From: Candidatus Multivoradales bacterium
Lineage (GTDB): Bacteria > Acidobacteriota > Thermoanaerobaculia > Multivoradales > JAHEKO01
Length of the DNA: 64,000 nt
Assembly: GCA_965223155.1 (NCBI GenBank)
Contig: CBDCVR010000013.1
Coordinates: 608,001 to 672,000, forward strand
Reading direction: 5' to 3'
Both the position numbers and the translations under genes were made by a program. Numbering within the stretch: position 1 is the first letter of the stretch; every line of letters starts with the position of its first letter. Below, piece by piece: positions 29,267 to 38,052 of the stretch. The notes under the pieces were generated by a model. The model saw nothing but the letters and a program-made list of their open reading frames with translations, did not search any database and had not been told where the DNA came from.

Positions 29267-29866
29267 ATGCCGAAATTCGAATCCCACCCGAACGCCGCCA
29301 GCGGGACCCATGGCTTCGCCGCGGCTCTCCTGCTCGCCCTGGCCTCGCTCCTGCTTCCCACTTCTCTGCCGGCCCGCGCCGAGCTCGCTCAGCAGGCTCA
29401 ACCCAGCGAACTCGATCCCAGCGCCAGCACGCCCCTCGGAGCGCTCGTGGTCCTGGTCGTCCGGCATGCGGAAAAGGCCGGCACCGACGCCGACCCGGCT
29501 CTGACCGCCTCCGGGCGCGAGCGCGCCGAGCGCCTGAGCCGCTTGACCTCCGCGTCCGGCGTCAACGCCGTCTACTGCACCCAGTTTCTGCGAACCCGGC
29601 AGACGGTCGAGCCGATCGCCTCCGCGCAGGACCTAGAACCGATCGAGGTCGATGCCCACGACACGCCCGGTCTCGTCCGGAAGCTGTTGGCACACCCGCC
29701 CGGAGACGTGGTGGTCGTCGCCGGCCACAGCAACACTGTCCCCGACATCGTCGCCGGCCTCGGCGCGCCACATCCTGGCCCGATTGACGAATCCGACTAC
29801 GACAATCTCTTCATCGTCACGGTCTTCGAGAACGGCAACGCCGGCACCCTCCGCCTTCAGTACTAG
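29267..29866 (+). CDS. Histidine phosphatase (phosphoglycerate mutase/SixA-like) with signal peptide
   Basis: VRHAEK, LTASGRERA, RTRQT, GHSNT; N-terminal hydrophobic segment ending ARA; -10 TAGCAT 7 nt before the ATG. Confidence 0.88.
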   Translation: MPKFESHPNAASGTHGFAAALLLALASLLLPTSLPARAELAQQAQPSELDPSASTPLGALVVLVVRHAEKAGTDADPALTASGRERAERLSRLTSASGVNAVYCTQFLRTRQTVEPIASAQDLEPIEVDAHDTPGLVRKLLAHPPGDVVVVAGHSNTVPDIVAGLGAPHPGPIDESDYDNLFIVTVFENGNAGTLRLQY

Positions 29867-29969
29867 TGTCGGGGCCACGATCTGGCTAGGTCTCGGACCT
29901 GAGCTAGACGACCGCGGTATGGGTGTTGCACCGGCAACCGGCACGGGCAATGAGCCCGCGAGCGATCCC

Positions 29970-32057
29970 ATGCAGCTCTTCTTGCCAACCAACGCCTCCA
30001 CCCCCCCTCGCCGGCGCGCGACCGGGCTGGGGGGGCTCGCGCCGTTGCTTCTCGCCGCCGGCGTCCTCTCGGCTCCGGCCGGAGCCATCCGAGCGCCCGG
30101 ACCGGGCGCTCCGGAGCAGGTTCCGCGCCTTCTCGTCGAAGCCGCGGAGGGGCGGAATCGAGCCCGTCTCGAGCGCGCGCTCGAATCCGGCGAGCTCGGC
30201 GCCGGGACGATCCCGATTCAGGCAACCCTCGACGCCACGCCCGCGGCCGGCGGGCTTTCGATCCAAGTCTCAGTGCGGCCCGACGCCCCGGCGGGCCCCT
30301 CGGCGGTCTGGCTCCTCAGTGCCGCGGCGGCGTCACCGGACGCCAGGCCCGCCCTCGTCCACCGCACCGTGACCTGGAGCCCATCGGTCTCCCTGGCGGG
30401 AGCCCCACAGACGCCGACCGGGGGGTTCCGGACCTCGCTTGTTCTGCCGCTGATGGACGATCTTCAGGAGGCAGCGGTCGCCCTGGAGCACCTGGACTCG
30501 GGGCGCTGGGGCGCCGCCTGGATCTCGGAAGCCGCCACGGAAGGCCAGGGTGACGAGCTCAGCGCCGATCTGGAGATACTCGGCCCGGCCGAGAGACCGG
30601 AGCCGGTAGACCCGGAGACTCCTCTCGCCGGCCGGGCTCCCGCAGCCGGAAGCTCGCACCCGGGCGACCCGTCTTCGAACCAGCTCGCGGTGGTCACCAT
30701 CCTGCCCCCTCGAGACTCGCCCGCCGTCGGCCGCCAGCGCATCCGGACGGTGGCATCGCTCGACGGCATCCGCAAGGTTCTCTTCTTTCTGGACGGCCGG
30801 CTGGTGGCGACCGACTCCCGGTCGCCGTTCGCCGCCACGCTCGACTTCGGCCCCGAGGCGGCCGCTCATCTGGTCGAGGTCCGGGCACTCGGCTTCGACG
30901 ATCTGCTGCTCGGAACCAGTAGCCTGCGGGTCAACCCCGGGATCGAGGCCTTCGCCGTCTCCCTCGCCGTTGCCGAGGTCGAGAGCGGGCTCGAAGTCGC
31001 GGCCCGCGTGACGGTCCCGCCCTGGAGCGAGCTCGCCTCGGTCGAGTTCTTCGCCGGCTCCAACACTCTCGGGCCGCAAAGGGAGCCGCCCTTCTCGGCC
31101 CTCCTTCCGGAAGGCTTGGACCCGTCCACGGTGATCCGGGTGCTTGCCCGGTTTGCCGACGGCACCGACCGGGAGGACGCGGGACTGCTTCGGGACCTGC
31201 TCCGCGACGACACCTTCAGCGAACGGGTCGAGGTCAACCTGGTGGAAGTCTACGCGACGGTTACCGACCGGGACGGCCGGCCGGTCCCGGACCTCGAGGC
31301 GTCGGCCTTCCGCCTTCGACTCGGCAAGCGCCCGGTCCAGATCGAGCGCTTCGGAGCCGCTGGGGACCTGCCACTGTCACTCGGCCTCATCGTGGACAGC
31401 TCCGAGAGCATGGATTCCCTGATGACGGCAACCCGGCAGGCCGCCGCCCAGTTCCTGGCCTCGTCGCTAGGCTCGGAGGACCGCGCCTTCCTGGTCGATT
31501 TCGACAGCCGGCCGAGACTTGCCCGGAGCATGACCGGTGAGCTGGCTACCCTGCTCGAGGGCCTGGGCCGCCTCCAGGTCGGCGGCAACACCGCCATCTA
31601 CGACGCGGTCGCGTTCTCGCTCGCCCAGTTCGATTCGGGCGCCGGACGCCGCGCCCTGGTGCTCTTGACCGACGGACGTGACTACGGCAGCCGGATCGAT
31701 AGCAGCCGGTGCCTGGCCGAGGCGCGCAAGCTGGGGGTACCCGTCTACGTCATCGTTCTGGCCAACCAGCACGCGTATCTCCCGGGCGCCGGACTCCCCG
31801 GCCGCAAGACTCCGAAAGCGCCGCCCGCGGACGCCTTCCTCGAGGCCTTCGCCGAGAAGAGCGGCGGCCGCCTGATCTCGGTTACCGATGTCGCCGCCCT
31901 GGCGGCCGTCTACCAGGACATCGGCGCCGAGCTCCGCAGCCAGTACTTCTTGGGCTTCACAACTCCCGAGCGCCTGAACCAAGACGCGATCGAGTCGCTA
32001 CGCCTCGAGGTCGCGGGCCGCGGCTTCGAAGTGCGCAGCTCGGTGCTGGGCCGCTAG
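29970..32057 (+). CDS. VWA domain protein (Acidobacterial type) with Ig-like region, exported
   Basis: VEVNLVEVYATVTDRDG, MIDAS VDSSESM, TAIYDA, LLTDGRD, SQYFLGF; start uncertain. Confidence 0.85.
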   Translation: MQLFLPTNASTPPRRRATGLGGLAPLLLAAGVLSAPAGAIRAPGPGAPEQVPRLLVEAAEGRNRARLERALESGELGAGTIPIQATLDATPAAGGLSIQVSVRPDAPAGPSAVWLLSAAAASPDARPALVHRTVTWSPSVSLAGAPQTPTGGFRTSLVLPLMDDLQEAAVALEHLDSGRWGAAWISEAATEGQGDELSADLEILGPAERPEPVDPETPLAGRAPAAGSSHPGDPSSNQLAVVTILPPRDSPAVGRQRIRTVASLDGIRKVLFFLDGRLVATDSRSPFAATLDFGPEAAAHLVEVRALGFDDLLLGTSSLRVNPGIEAFAVSLAVAEVESGLEVAARVTVPPWSELASVEFFAGSNTLGPQREPPFSALLPEGLDPSTVIRVLARFADGTDREDAGLLRDLLRDDTFSERVEVNLVEVYATVTDRDGRPVPDLEASAFRLRLGKRPVQIERFGAAGDLPLSLGLIVDSSESMDSLMTATRQAAAQFLASSLGSEDRAFLVDFDSRPRLARSMTGELATLLEGLGRLQVGGNTAIYDAVAFSLAQFDSGAGRRALVLLTDGRDYGSRIDSSRCLAEARKLGVPVYVIVLANQHAYLPGAGLPGRKTPKAPPADAFLEAFAEKSGGRLISVTDVAALAAVYQDIGAELRSQYFLGFTTPERLNQDAIESLRLEVAGRGFEVRSSVLGR

Positions 32058-32077
32058 CAGTCTGTACCGGCTTCGTT

Positions 32078-32683
32078 CTACTTCGTCGAAGGTCGGGGCC
32101 GTTCCCCCTCGTCCGGCTCGGCCTCGAGCTCGACCCCGAGCCCGTCGGCGATCCGGTTGACGAAGGCGAAGTAGGCCACGATCGAGCAGATGTCGTGAAT
32201 CGCGCGCTCGTCCCAGCCGGCCGCCCTGAGCCGGGACACGTCCCCGGCGCCAACGGTCCACGGCTCGCGCGTGAGCACGAGCGCGTAGTCCAGCATCGCG
32301 GCCTCGGCCTCGGTCACCGGGGCCCCGATCGCATCGGTCGGATCGGGCGGATCGGGCGGATCGGGCGGATCGGGCGAGAGAGCCTCGATCAGCCGGTCCT
32401 GATCTCGTTCCGAGACCTTCTTCGCCGTCAGCAGCCTACGGAGACCCGCCCCGTGATGGTGCAGTCAGTAGTGGCAGGCGTTCGCGGCCGAGACCGCCAC
32501 CGCCAGCATCTCGCGCTGAATCCGGGTCAGCGGCCCGGGGCCGTACATGAGCTGCCGGTACAAGTCGTAGTGCTGCCGCATGACTCGGCCGTTCACGGAG
32601 TGGATGCGTAGGATGTTGTCGGTGTCCGGGACGCGCTCCTCGGCGGGCAGTCGATCCAGATCGCGATAGTCGATATAGGCCAT
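32078..32683 (-). CDS. AhpD/carboxymuconolactone-decarboxylase-like peroxidase-related protein, probable selenoprotein (UGA at codon 73)
   Basis: QREMLAVAVSAANACHY-UGA-LHHHG continues in frame to YFAFVNRIADGLGV; CxxU motif; SECIS-like hairpin. Confidence 0.85.
32341..32376 (+). repeat. 9-bp tandem repeat (GATCGGGCG)x4 encoding a Pro-Asp-Pro tract
   Basis: Four exact copies plus a degenerate copy CATCGGTCG immediately to the left. Confidence 0.95.
32438..32454 (-). promoter_or_regulatory. Putative bacterial SECIS hairpin
   Basis: ACGGGG-CGGGU-CUCCGU stem-loop starting at the 11th nt after the in-frame UGA, with G in the apical loop. Confidence 0.6.
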
Positions 32684-32695
32684 AGGGGTCGAATC

Positions 32696-34147
32696 CTACG
32701 ACGATCGGCCGGCGGGAGCGTGGGCGCCACGCAGCTCGGTGACCGCCGCTCGGATGTCCTCCAAACACAGCTCCATCCGGTCAAGGTGGGTGCGAAAGTT
32801 GAGCACGCAGATCCGCAGGACAAAGCGGCCGTCCACCAGGGTCTCGGTCAAGAAGACACGCTTGCGCTCGTTGATCCTCCGCAACAGCTCGCGGTTGAGC
32901 TCGTTCTCCTCCTCCAGGCTGGCGCCGGCCGAACGCAGTCGAAAGCTCACCAGCGAGAGCTCGGGCTCTCCCAGGGTCTCGACGCCCTCGACGGCTTCGA
33001 GCTCATGGTACGCCCACTCGGCCAGATCCAGCTTTTCGTCCAGAACCGCCCGAAAGCAGTCGAAGCCGTAGAGCTTGAGCGGCAGCCAGACCCGGAGACC
33101 CCGGAAGTCTCGCGACAGCTCGGGCGAGATCTCACAGAAATCCACCAGCCGTTCGTCGTCCTGGAGCGGTGGCATGTAGTCGGCCTGGACCGTGTGGGCG
33201 CGCCGGAGCGCCGCCTGCTCGCGTACCAGCAGGCACCCCGTGCCGTAGGGCAGGAACAGCCCCTTGTGCGGATCCAGGGTCACCGAGTCGGCGCGCGCGA
33301 GTCCGGTCATACGCTTCCGGCCGCGTTCGGTCAGGGCGAAAAAGCCGCCGTAGGCCGCGTCCACGTGGAACCAGAGCCCTTCGCGGGCGGCGACGTCGGC
33401 CAGCGCCTCGAGATCGTCGATCGCCCCGGTGTTGGTGGTGCCGGCGCTGCCCACGAGGAGGAACGGCGCTCGGCCCGCGCGCCGATCCTCGACCAGGGTC
33501 CGTTCGAGAGCGTCGATCCGCATCCGCTGGCGGCCGTCCACCGGAATCGAGCGCACGGCCTCGGCCGGAAACCCGGCCAGAGCCGCCGCCCGCGTGACCG
33601 AGTGATGGACCTGGCTCGAGACGTAGAGGGATCCGGCCAGGAAATTCTCCGGCAGCCGCTCCCGCCTGGCGGTGAAAACGGCGCTGAAATTGGCGACCGA
33701 GCCGCCCGACGACAGGAAGCCCCCGGATCCCGGCGGCAGGCCGAGAAGCTCGCAGAACCAGCGAATGACGTTGATCTCGAGCTGCGCCAGTCCGGGTGCC
33801 GCGGTCCACACCGTGACGTACCGGTTGATCCCGTTGGCCACCAGGTCGGCGACCGCCGACTCGAACAGCCCACCCCCGGGGATGTACGCCAGGAACCCAG
33901 GTCCGGCGTTGTTGAAGCTGGTGGGCAGCGCGCGCTCGAAGACGAGATCCATGAGCTCGGCAAACGGGGCGCCACTTGCCGGAGGCCCTTCTTCCAGCGA
34001 GCGCGCCAGCTCGTGCGCGCCGGAGATCTCGAATGCCGGCGCCTCGGGCAAAGCCTCGAGGTGGCGAACGAGCCTCTCGGTCGCCTCCGCCACCATGGTC
34101 CGCATCGCCGCCGCCGACGGCTCCATGCGGTGCCGTTTCGGGTCCAT
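32696..34147 (-). CDS. PLP-dependent group II amino-acid decarboxylase (aromatic-L-amino-acid decarboxylase-like)
   Basis: SGGSVANF, HHSV, SAGTTNTGAID, HVDAAYGG, DPHK PLP lysine, ELSRDFRGL. Confidence 0.9.
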   Translation of the reverse strand: MDPKRHRMEPSAAAMRTMVAEATERLVRHLEALPEAPAFEISGAHELARSLEEGPPASGAPFAELMDLVFERALPTSFNNAGPGFLAYIPGGGLFESAVADLVANGINRYVTVWTAAPGLAQLEINVIRWFCELLGLPPGSGGFLSSGGSVANFSAVFTARRERLPENFLAGSLYVSSQVHHSVTRAAALAGFPAEAVRSIPVDGRQRMRIDALERTLVEDRRAGRAPFLLVGSAGTTNTGAIDDLEALADVAAREGLWFHVDAAYGGFFALTERGRKRMTGLARADSVTLDPHKGLFLPYGTGCLLVREQAALRRAHTVQADYMPPLQDDERLVDFCEISPELSRDFRGLRVWLPLKLYGFDCFRAVLDEKLDLAEWAYHELEAVEGVETLGEPELSLVSFRLRSAGASLEEENELNRELLRRINERKRVFLTETLVDGRFVLRICVLNFRTHLDRMELCLEDIRAAVTELRGAHAPAGRSS

Positions 34148-34224
34148 CGAACGATGCTACTCCGTTCAATTGGCCGTGGCGACTCCGGCGGCCCCGATTG
34201 CTCCGACGGCCCCGGCGGCTCCGT

Positions 34225-35382
34225 CTAGGCGAACGCCGCCCGGAAGCGTTCACCCACCTGGCGCAGCCGCTCCACCGGCTCATTCGAAAAGACGAGACGC
34301 AGGTAGCCCGCGCTGCGCTCGGACCCCCAACCGGTCATCGGCGTGGCCGCGACCTTGCCCCGCTCCAGCAAGCGGTCCGAGGCCTCGCGGCCGGACAGGC
34401 CGAAGCTCGTGGCGTCCAGGAGCAGAGACCAGCCGCCCTCCGGCCGAATCGCCGCGTAGGGCGCGAGCTGGTCCAGCAGCACGTCCCGCCGGCGTTCCAG
34501 CTCGGCCGTCGCTGCGCGGATCCCAGGCCGCTCCGAGCTCAAGGCCACGGCTGCGCCCGCGAGAGCGATGCCGACGTTGGCGACGACGTTCGAGATCGAC
34601 ACCAGGCCGACGTCGTCGATGATCCCTGCCGGCGCCACGATCCAGCCCACCCGCCAGCCGATCATCCGGTACTCCTTGGACACCGAGCCGATGGTGATGG
34701 TGCGCTCGGCCATTCCCTGGCAAGAGGCAGGATGGATAGGCGCCAACCCGTCGAAGAGCAAACGCTCCATGGCGCTGTCGTAGAGCAACCAGGCGCCGGC
34801 GGCACGGCAGGCCCCGGCGACCGCCTCCCAGTCCTCTCGGTCCAGGACCGCCCCCGACGGCATCGCCGGGCTCATCATCAGGAAGGCCCGGGTGCGTCCT
34901 GACACGGCACCGTCGAGGCTCTCGCGGTCCAGGCGCCAGCGGCCGCCGCGCACCTCGCAGCGAACGAATCGCGGCACCCCTCCCGCCAGTCGCACCCGAT
35001 TGACCAGGCCGATGTAGATCGGGTCGGGCAGCACCACCTCGTCTCCGGGCTCCAGAATCGCCAGCAGCACGTCCAGAATACCGTTCAGGCCGCCGGCCGC
35101 GAGAATCGTCGATCGACGCCAGTCGTAGGCCACCCCGGAGCTCTCCGAGACGATTCGGCAGGCCTGGCGCCGCAGCTCGTCGGTTCCGAGAAACGGCAGA
35201 TAGCTGTTGGCGTCGTCCCGGCCGACGGCCTCGCGCGTGGCTTCCACGACCCCGGCCGGCAAGGGCAGATCGGTATCCAGGTTCTCCAGACGAAGCACCT
35301 CCGGATCGGCGGCCCCGTCGGCCAAGGCGCCGAGCCGGTCGACTCCGATGCCGGCCATCCCGGCCAGGCGGGAAACCGGCAT
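34225..35382 (-). CDS. PLP-dependent aminotransferase class I/II
   Basis: PGDEVVLPDP, YDSAME, GSVSKEYRMIGWRVGW, YLRLVF. Confidence 0.88.
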   Translation of the reverse strand: MPVSRLAGMAGIGVDRLGALADGAADPEVLRLENLDTDLPLPAGVVEATREAVGRDDANSYLPFLGTDELRRQACRIVSESSGVAYDWRRSTILAAGGLNGILDVLLAILEPGDEVVLPDPIYIGLVNRVRLAGGVPRFVRCEVRGGRWRLDRESLDGAVSGRTRAFLMMSPAMPSGAVLDREDWEAVAGACRAAGAWLLYDSAMERLLFDGLAPIHPASCQGMAERTITIGSVSKEYRMIGWRVGWIVAPAGIIDDVGLVSISNVVANVGIALAGAAVALSSERPGIRAATAELERRRDVLLDQLAPYAAIRPEGGWSLLLDATSFGLSGREASDRLLERGKVAATPMTGWGSERSAGYLRLVFSNEPVERLRQVGERFRAAFA

Positions 35383-35525
35383 CGTCAGCGGCTCCGGGCC
35401 GTTCGGCGACAGGGTCCGGGCGCGGGTCGGGAGAGCAAGCGACCATCTTCCATAGTGGCCAACATGCTATCGCCAGCGGTTGGCCGGCTATCCACCGAAC
35501 CAGACGCTCGGATACTCTCCGGACA

Positions 35526-36548
35526 ATGCTGGATCGAACGCCACCAGGCCGCCGTCTGCTCGGACGTTCAGCGGCGGCCGTGGCCCTGTGCCTGCCACTG
35601 TGCGTACCCTTGTGCTTGCCCTTGTACTGGGCGCCCCCCGGACTGGCCCTCGAGCCGCCAGTGCCGGCGGCGCCGGAGGCCATCTCGCTGCTTGGCCGGC
35701 CGCTTGCCCGGCCCGAGCTTCCCGAGGAGTTTCGCGCCCGGCAAGAGACGCTCCTCGCCGAGGCCCAGGATCGGCTCGCCGCGCGGCCGGACGATCTGGA
35801 CGCGCTCATCTGGGTCGGTCGCCGTACCGCCTACCTGGGCCGGTACCGCGAGGCGATCGAGACCTACACTCGCGGGCTCGCGGCGCATCCGGACGAACCC
35901 CGGCTCCTGCGCCATCGCGGGCACCGGTGGATTACCGTGCGCGAGCTGGACCGCGCCATCGAAGATCTGGCACGAGCCGGCGACCGGATCGAGAACGGCG
36001 AGGACCGCGTCGAAGAGGATGGGCTCCCGAACGAGCGCGGCATTCCGACCAGCACCCTGCACACGAACGTCTGGTACCACCTGGGCTTGGCGCACTATCT
36101 CAAGGGCGAGTTCGAGCCCGCGCTCGAGGCCTACCGCAAGTGCCTGGCCGCCGCCGGCAACCCCGACATGCGGGTCGCCGCCTCGTACTGGCTCTACCTG
36201 ACCTTGGCCCGGCTGGACCGCGGCCAGGAAGCGCAGGCGATCTTGCAACCGATCTCCACCGAGCTCGACGTCATCGAGAATGCCGACTACTACCACCTCC
36301 TCCTGAGCTACAAGAACCAGGTCGACGCCCACGAGCTCTACGCCCAGGCGCTGGCCGAGCCTCAGTCGGTCTCGGCGGCGACCGTCGGCTACGGCATCGG
36401 TGCCTACCACCTGGTCCATGGGCGCCCGGCTCGCGCCCGGCCGCTGCTCGACCAAGCGGCGGCGAGCGCCTCGTGGGCGGCCTTCGGCACCCTTGCCGCC
36501 GAGGCCGAGCTGGCCCGCCTTCGGGAGGAAGCCCCGCCCCGTCCATGA
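35526..36548 (+). CDS. Exported tetratricopeptide repeat protein
   Basis: Signal-like N-terminus; TPRs (YLGRYREAIETYTRGL, WYHLGLAHYLKGEFEPA); -10 TACTCT 7 nt before the ATG. Confidence 0.8.
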   Translation: MLDRTPPGRRLLGRSAAAVALCLPLCVPLCLPLYWAPPGLALEPPVPAAPEAISLLGRPLARPELPEEFRARQETLLAEAQDRLAARPDDLDALIWVGRRTAYLGRYREAIETYTRGLAAHPDEPRLLRHRGHRWITVRELDRAIEDLARAGDRIENGEDRVEEDGLPNERGIPTSTLHTNVWYHLGLAHYLKGEFEPALEAYRKCLAAAGNPDMRVAASYWLYLTLARLDRGQEAQAILQPISTELDVIENADYYHLLLSYKNQVDAHELYAQALAEPQSVSAATVGYGIGAYHLVHGRPARARPLLDQAAASASWAAFGTLAAEAELARLREEAPPRP

Positions 36549-37318
36549 GCTCAGGCGTCGTCAGCCTGCTGACCGACTTCGGCACCACCGACTACTACGT
36601 CGGCGCGCTTAAGGGCACCCTGCTCCGGCTGGCGCCGGACAGCCGCATCGTGGACGTCTCGCACGAGGTGGATCCCGGCGACGTCGAAGAGGGCGCGTTC
36701 CTGCTGGGCGCCTCCCATCGCCACTTCCCACGGGGAACGGTCCATCTCGCGGTGGTCGATCCCGGCGTCGGCGGGCACCGACGCATCCTGGCGTGCTCGA
36801 CCGGCACCGATTTCTTCGTCGCGCCCGACAATGGGCTTCTGTCCTATGTCCTGGACGGCGCGGAGGTTCGCTCGGTCGAGGCCCAGGAGCTCTTCCTGGA
36901 CGCTCCCGGCGAGACCTTCCACGGGCGCGATCGCTTCGCGCCGGTAGCGGCGTACTTGGCCCGGGGCGAGTCCTTCACGAAGTTGGGTCCAGTGGCCGAG
37001 AATCCGCTCCGTCTAGCCATCGGGCCGCCCCAGCGGGACGGGAACGGTCTTTCCGGTACCGTCGTCCACGTCGATCGCTTCGGCAACTTGATCAGCGATA
37101 TCCCCAGCCGCTGGCTCACCGACGACCGGCGCTTTGTGTGCCGGATCGGCGCTCTCGAGGTCACCCGCATGGTCAGCCACTACGCCGCGCTCGAACCCGA
37201 CGAGGTCGCCTTGCTCCCCGGATCCCTGGGAACTCTCGAGGTTTCGATGAATCGCAGGAGCCTAGCCGACAGCCTGACGCTCGGCCGGCGCGAGCCCATT
37301 CGCATCGACTTTCGCTAG
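36545..37318 (+). CDS. SAM hydroxide adenosyltransferase (DUF62, chlorinase/fluorinase family)
   Basis: LLTDFG, DVSHEV, VVDPGVG, APDNG, TFHGRDRFAP, VDRFGN; ATGA overlap with the TPR gene. Confidence 0.9.
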   Translation: MSSGVVSLLTDFGTTDYYVGALKGTLLRLAPDSRIVDVSHEVDPGDVEEGAFLLGASHRHFPRGTVHLAVVDPGVGGHRRILACSTGTDFFVAPDNGLLSYVLDGAEVRSVEAQELFLDAPGETFHGRDRFAPVAAYLARGESFTKLGPVAENPLRLAIGPPQRDGNGLSGTVVHVDRFGNLISDIPSRWLTDDRRFVCRIGALEVTRMVSHYAALEPDEVALLPGSLGTLEVSMNRRSLADSLTLGRREPIRIDFR

Positions 37319-37364
37319 AATGACCGGGAACGACCGGTTCGACAATCGGCGCAAGGAGGTCGCA

Positions 37365-37553
37365 ATGACCCAATGGGAGTACAAGATCATCAATATCCGT
37401 AGCGAGAACTATCGCTTGGATCCCAACGCCGCGACGCAGTTGAACGAGCTGGGAGCGGAAGGCTGGGAGCTCATCTCGATCACGTCGGTCAACTTCAAGA
37501 GCGGTGCGACCGACAACATCGCGATGGTCTTCAAGCGCCCGGTCGGCGGCTAG
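37365..37553 (+). CDS. DUF4177 family small protein
   Basis: WEYKII...LNELGAEGWELI...FKRP; strong SD AAGGAGG. Confidence 0.88.
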   Translation: MTQWEYKIINIRSENYRLDPNAATQLNELGAEGWELISITSVNFKSGATDNIAMVFKRPVGG

Positions 37554-37590
37554 CCCGACGCTCTCACCGGCGCGACGGGAGAGCCGAAGG

Positions 37591-38052
37591 CTAGCTCTCG
37601 AAGTCGTCCGCGGATTCGGATCGCGGCCCGTGTGCGGGGTCTGGTCCGCTCTCTCGAGCCGATCCGGCCTGTAACGCGACTCGCCGCTCCCACCAGTTCC
37701 GGTGCTCGTCCAGACGTCGCCGCACCGTCCCCAGCGGCGTCTCCACGCTCCGGAGCCGGCGCCGAGCCACGATCACCAGCACCCAGGACGCCAGCAGAAA
37801 GACGCCCAGCACCGACACCGCCGCCCCCCAGCGCGGCAGCCACAGAGCCGCCACCTCGACCAGCACATAGGCCAGAGCGCCAATCGCCCAGAACAGCACG
37901 AAGAGAGCCACGGCCAGCAGCAGCAGGGCGCGGACCAGCACTCGGCTCGAGCCCTGGAGCTCCGAGTTGAGGGCGCCCAGCTCGGCCCGCAGCAGCTCGA
38001 CGCCCGCCTGGCCTAGAGGGGCCAGCGCCGAGGTCCAGCGCAGCGGTTTCAT
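37591..38052 (-). CDS. Two-TM holin-like (DUF1469/YqjE-type) membrane protein
   Basis: LLRAEL...EL amphipathic N-terminus followed by two TM helices; ATGA overlap with the VWA gene. Confidence 0.7.
   Translation of the reverse strand: MKPLRWTSALAPLGQAGVELLRAELGALNSELQGSSRVLVRALLLLAVALFVLFWAIGALAYVLVEVAALWLPRWGAAVSVLGVFLLASWVLVIVARRRLRSVETPLGTVRRRLDEHRNWWERRVALQAGSARESGPDPAHGPRSESADDFES

Noticed and set aside
32332-32376. Repeat considered as a CRISPR array
   Set aside because: 9-bp contiguous units with no spacers and no cas genes.
32465-32467. Genome-wide UGA reassignment (genetic code 4 or 25) as the explanation for readthrough
   Set aside because: Many genes here end correctly at TGA (lon, tal, pgi, surE, thiD), so readthrough would have to be site-specific.
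36545-37318. Fluorinase/chlorinase-based halometabolite cluster
   Set aside because: No biosynthetic genes nearby; the sequence fits the widespread DUF62 SAM hydrolase type.
37591-38052. Holin-like gene as a sign of a prophage
   Set aside because: No endolysin, integrase or structural genes; this family is commonly chromosomal.
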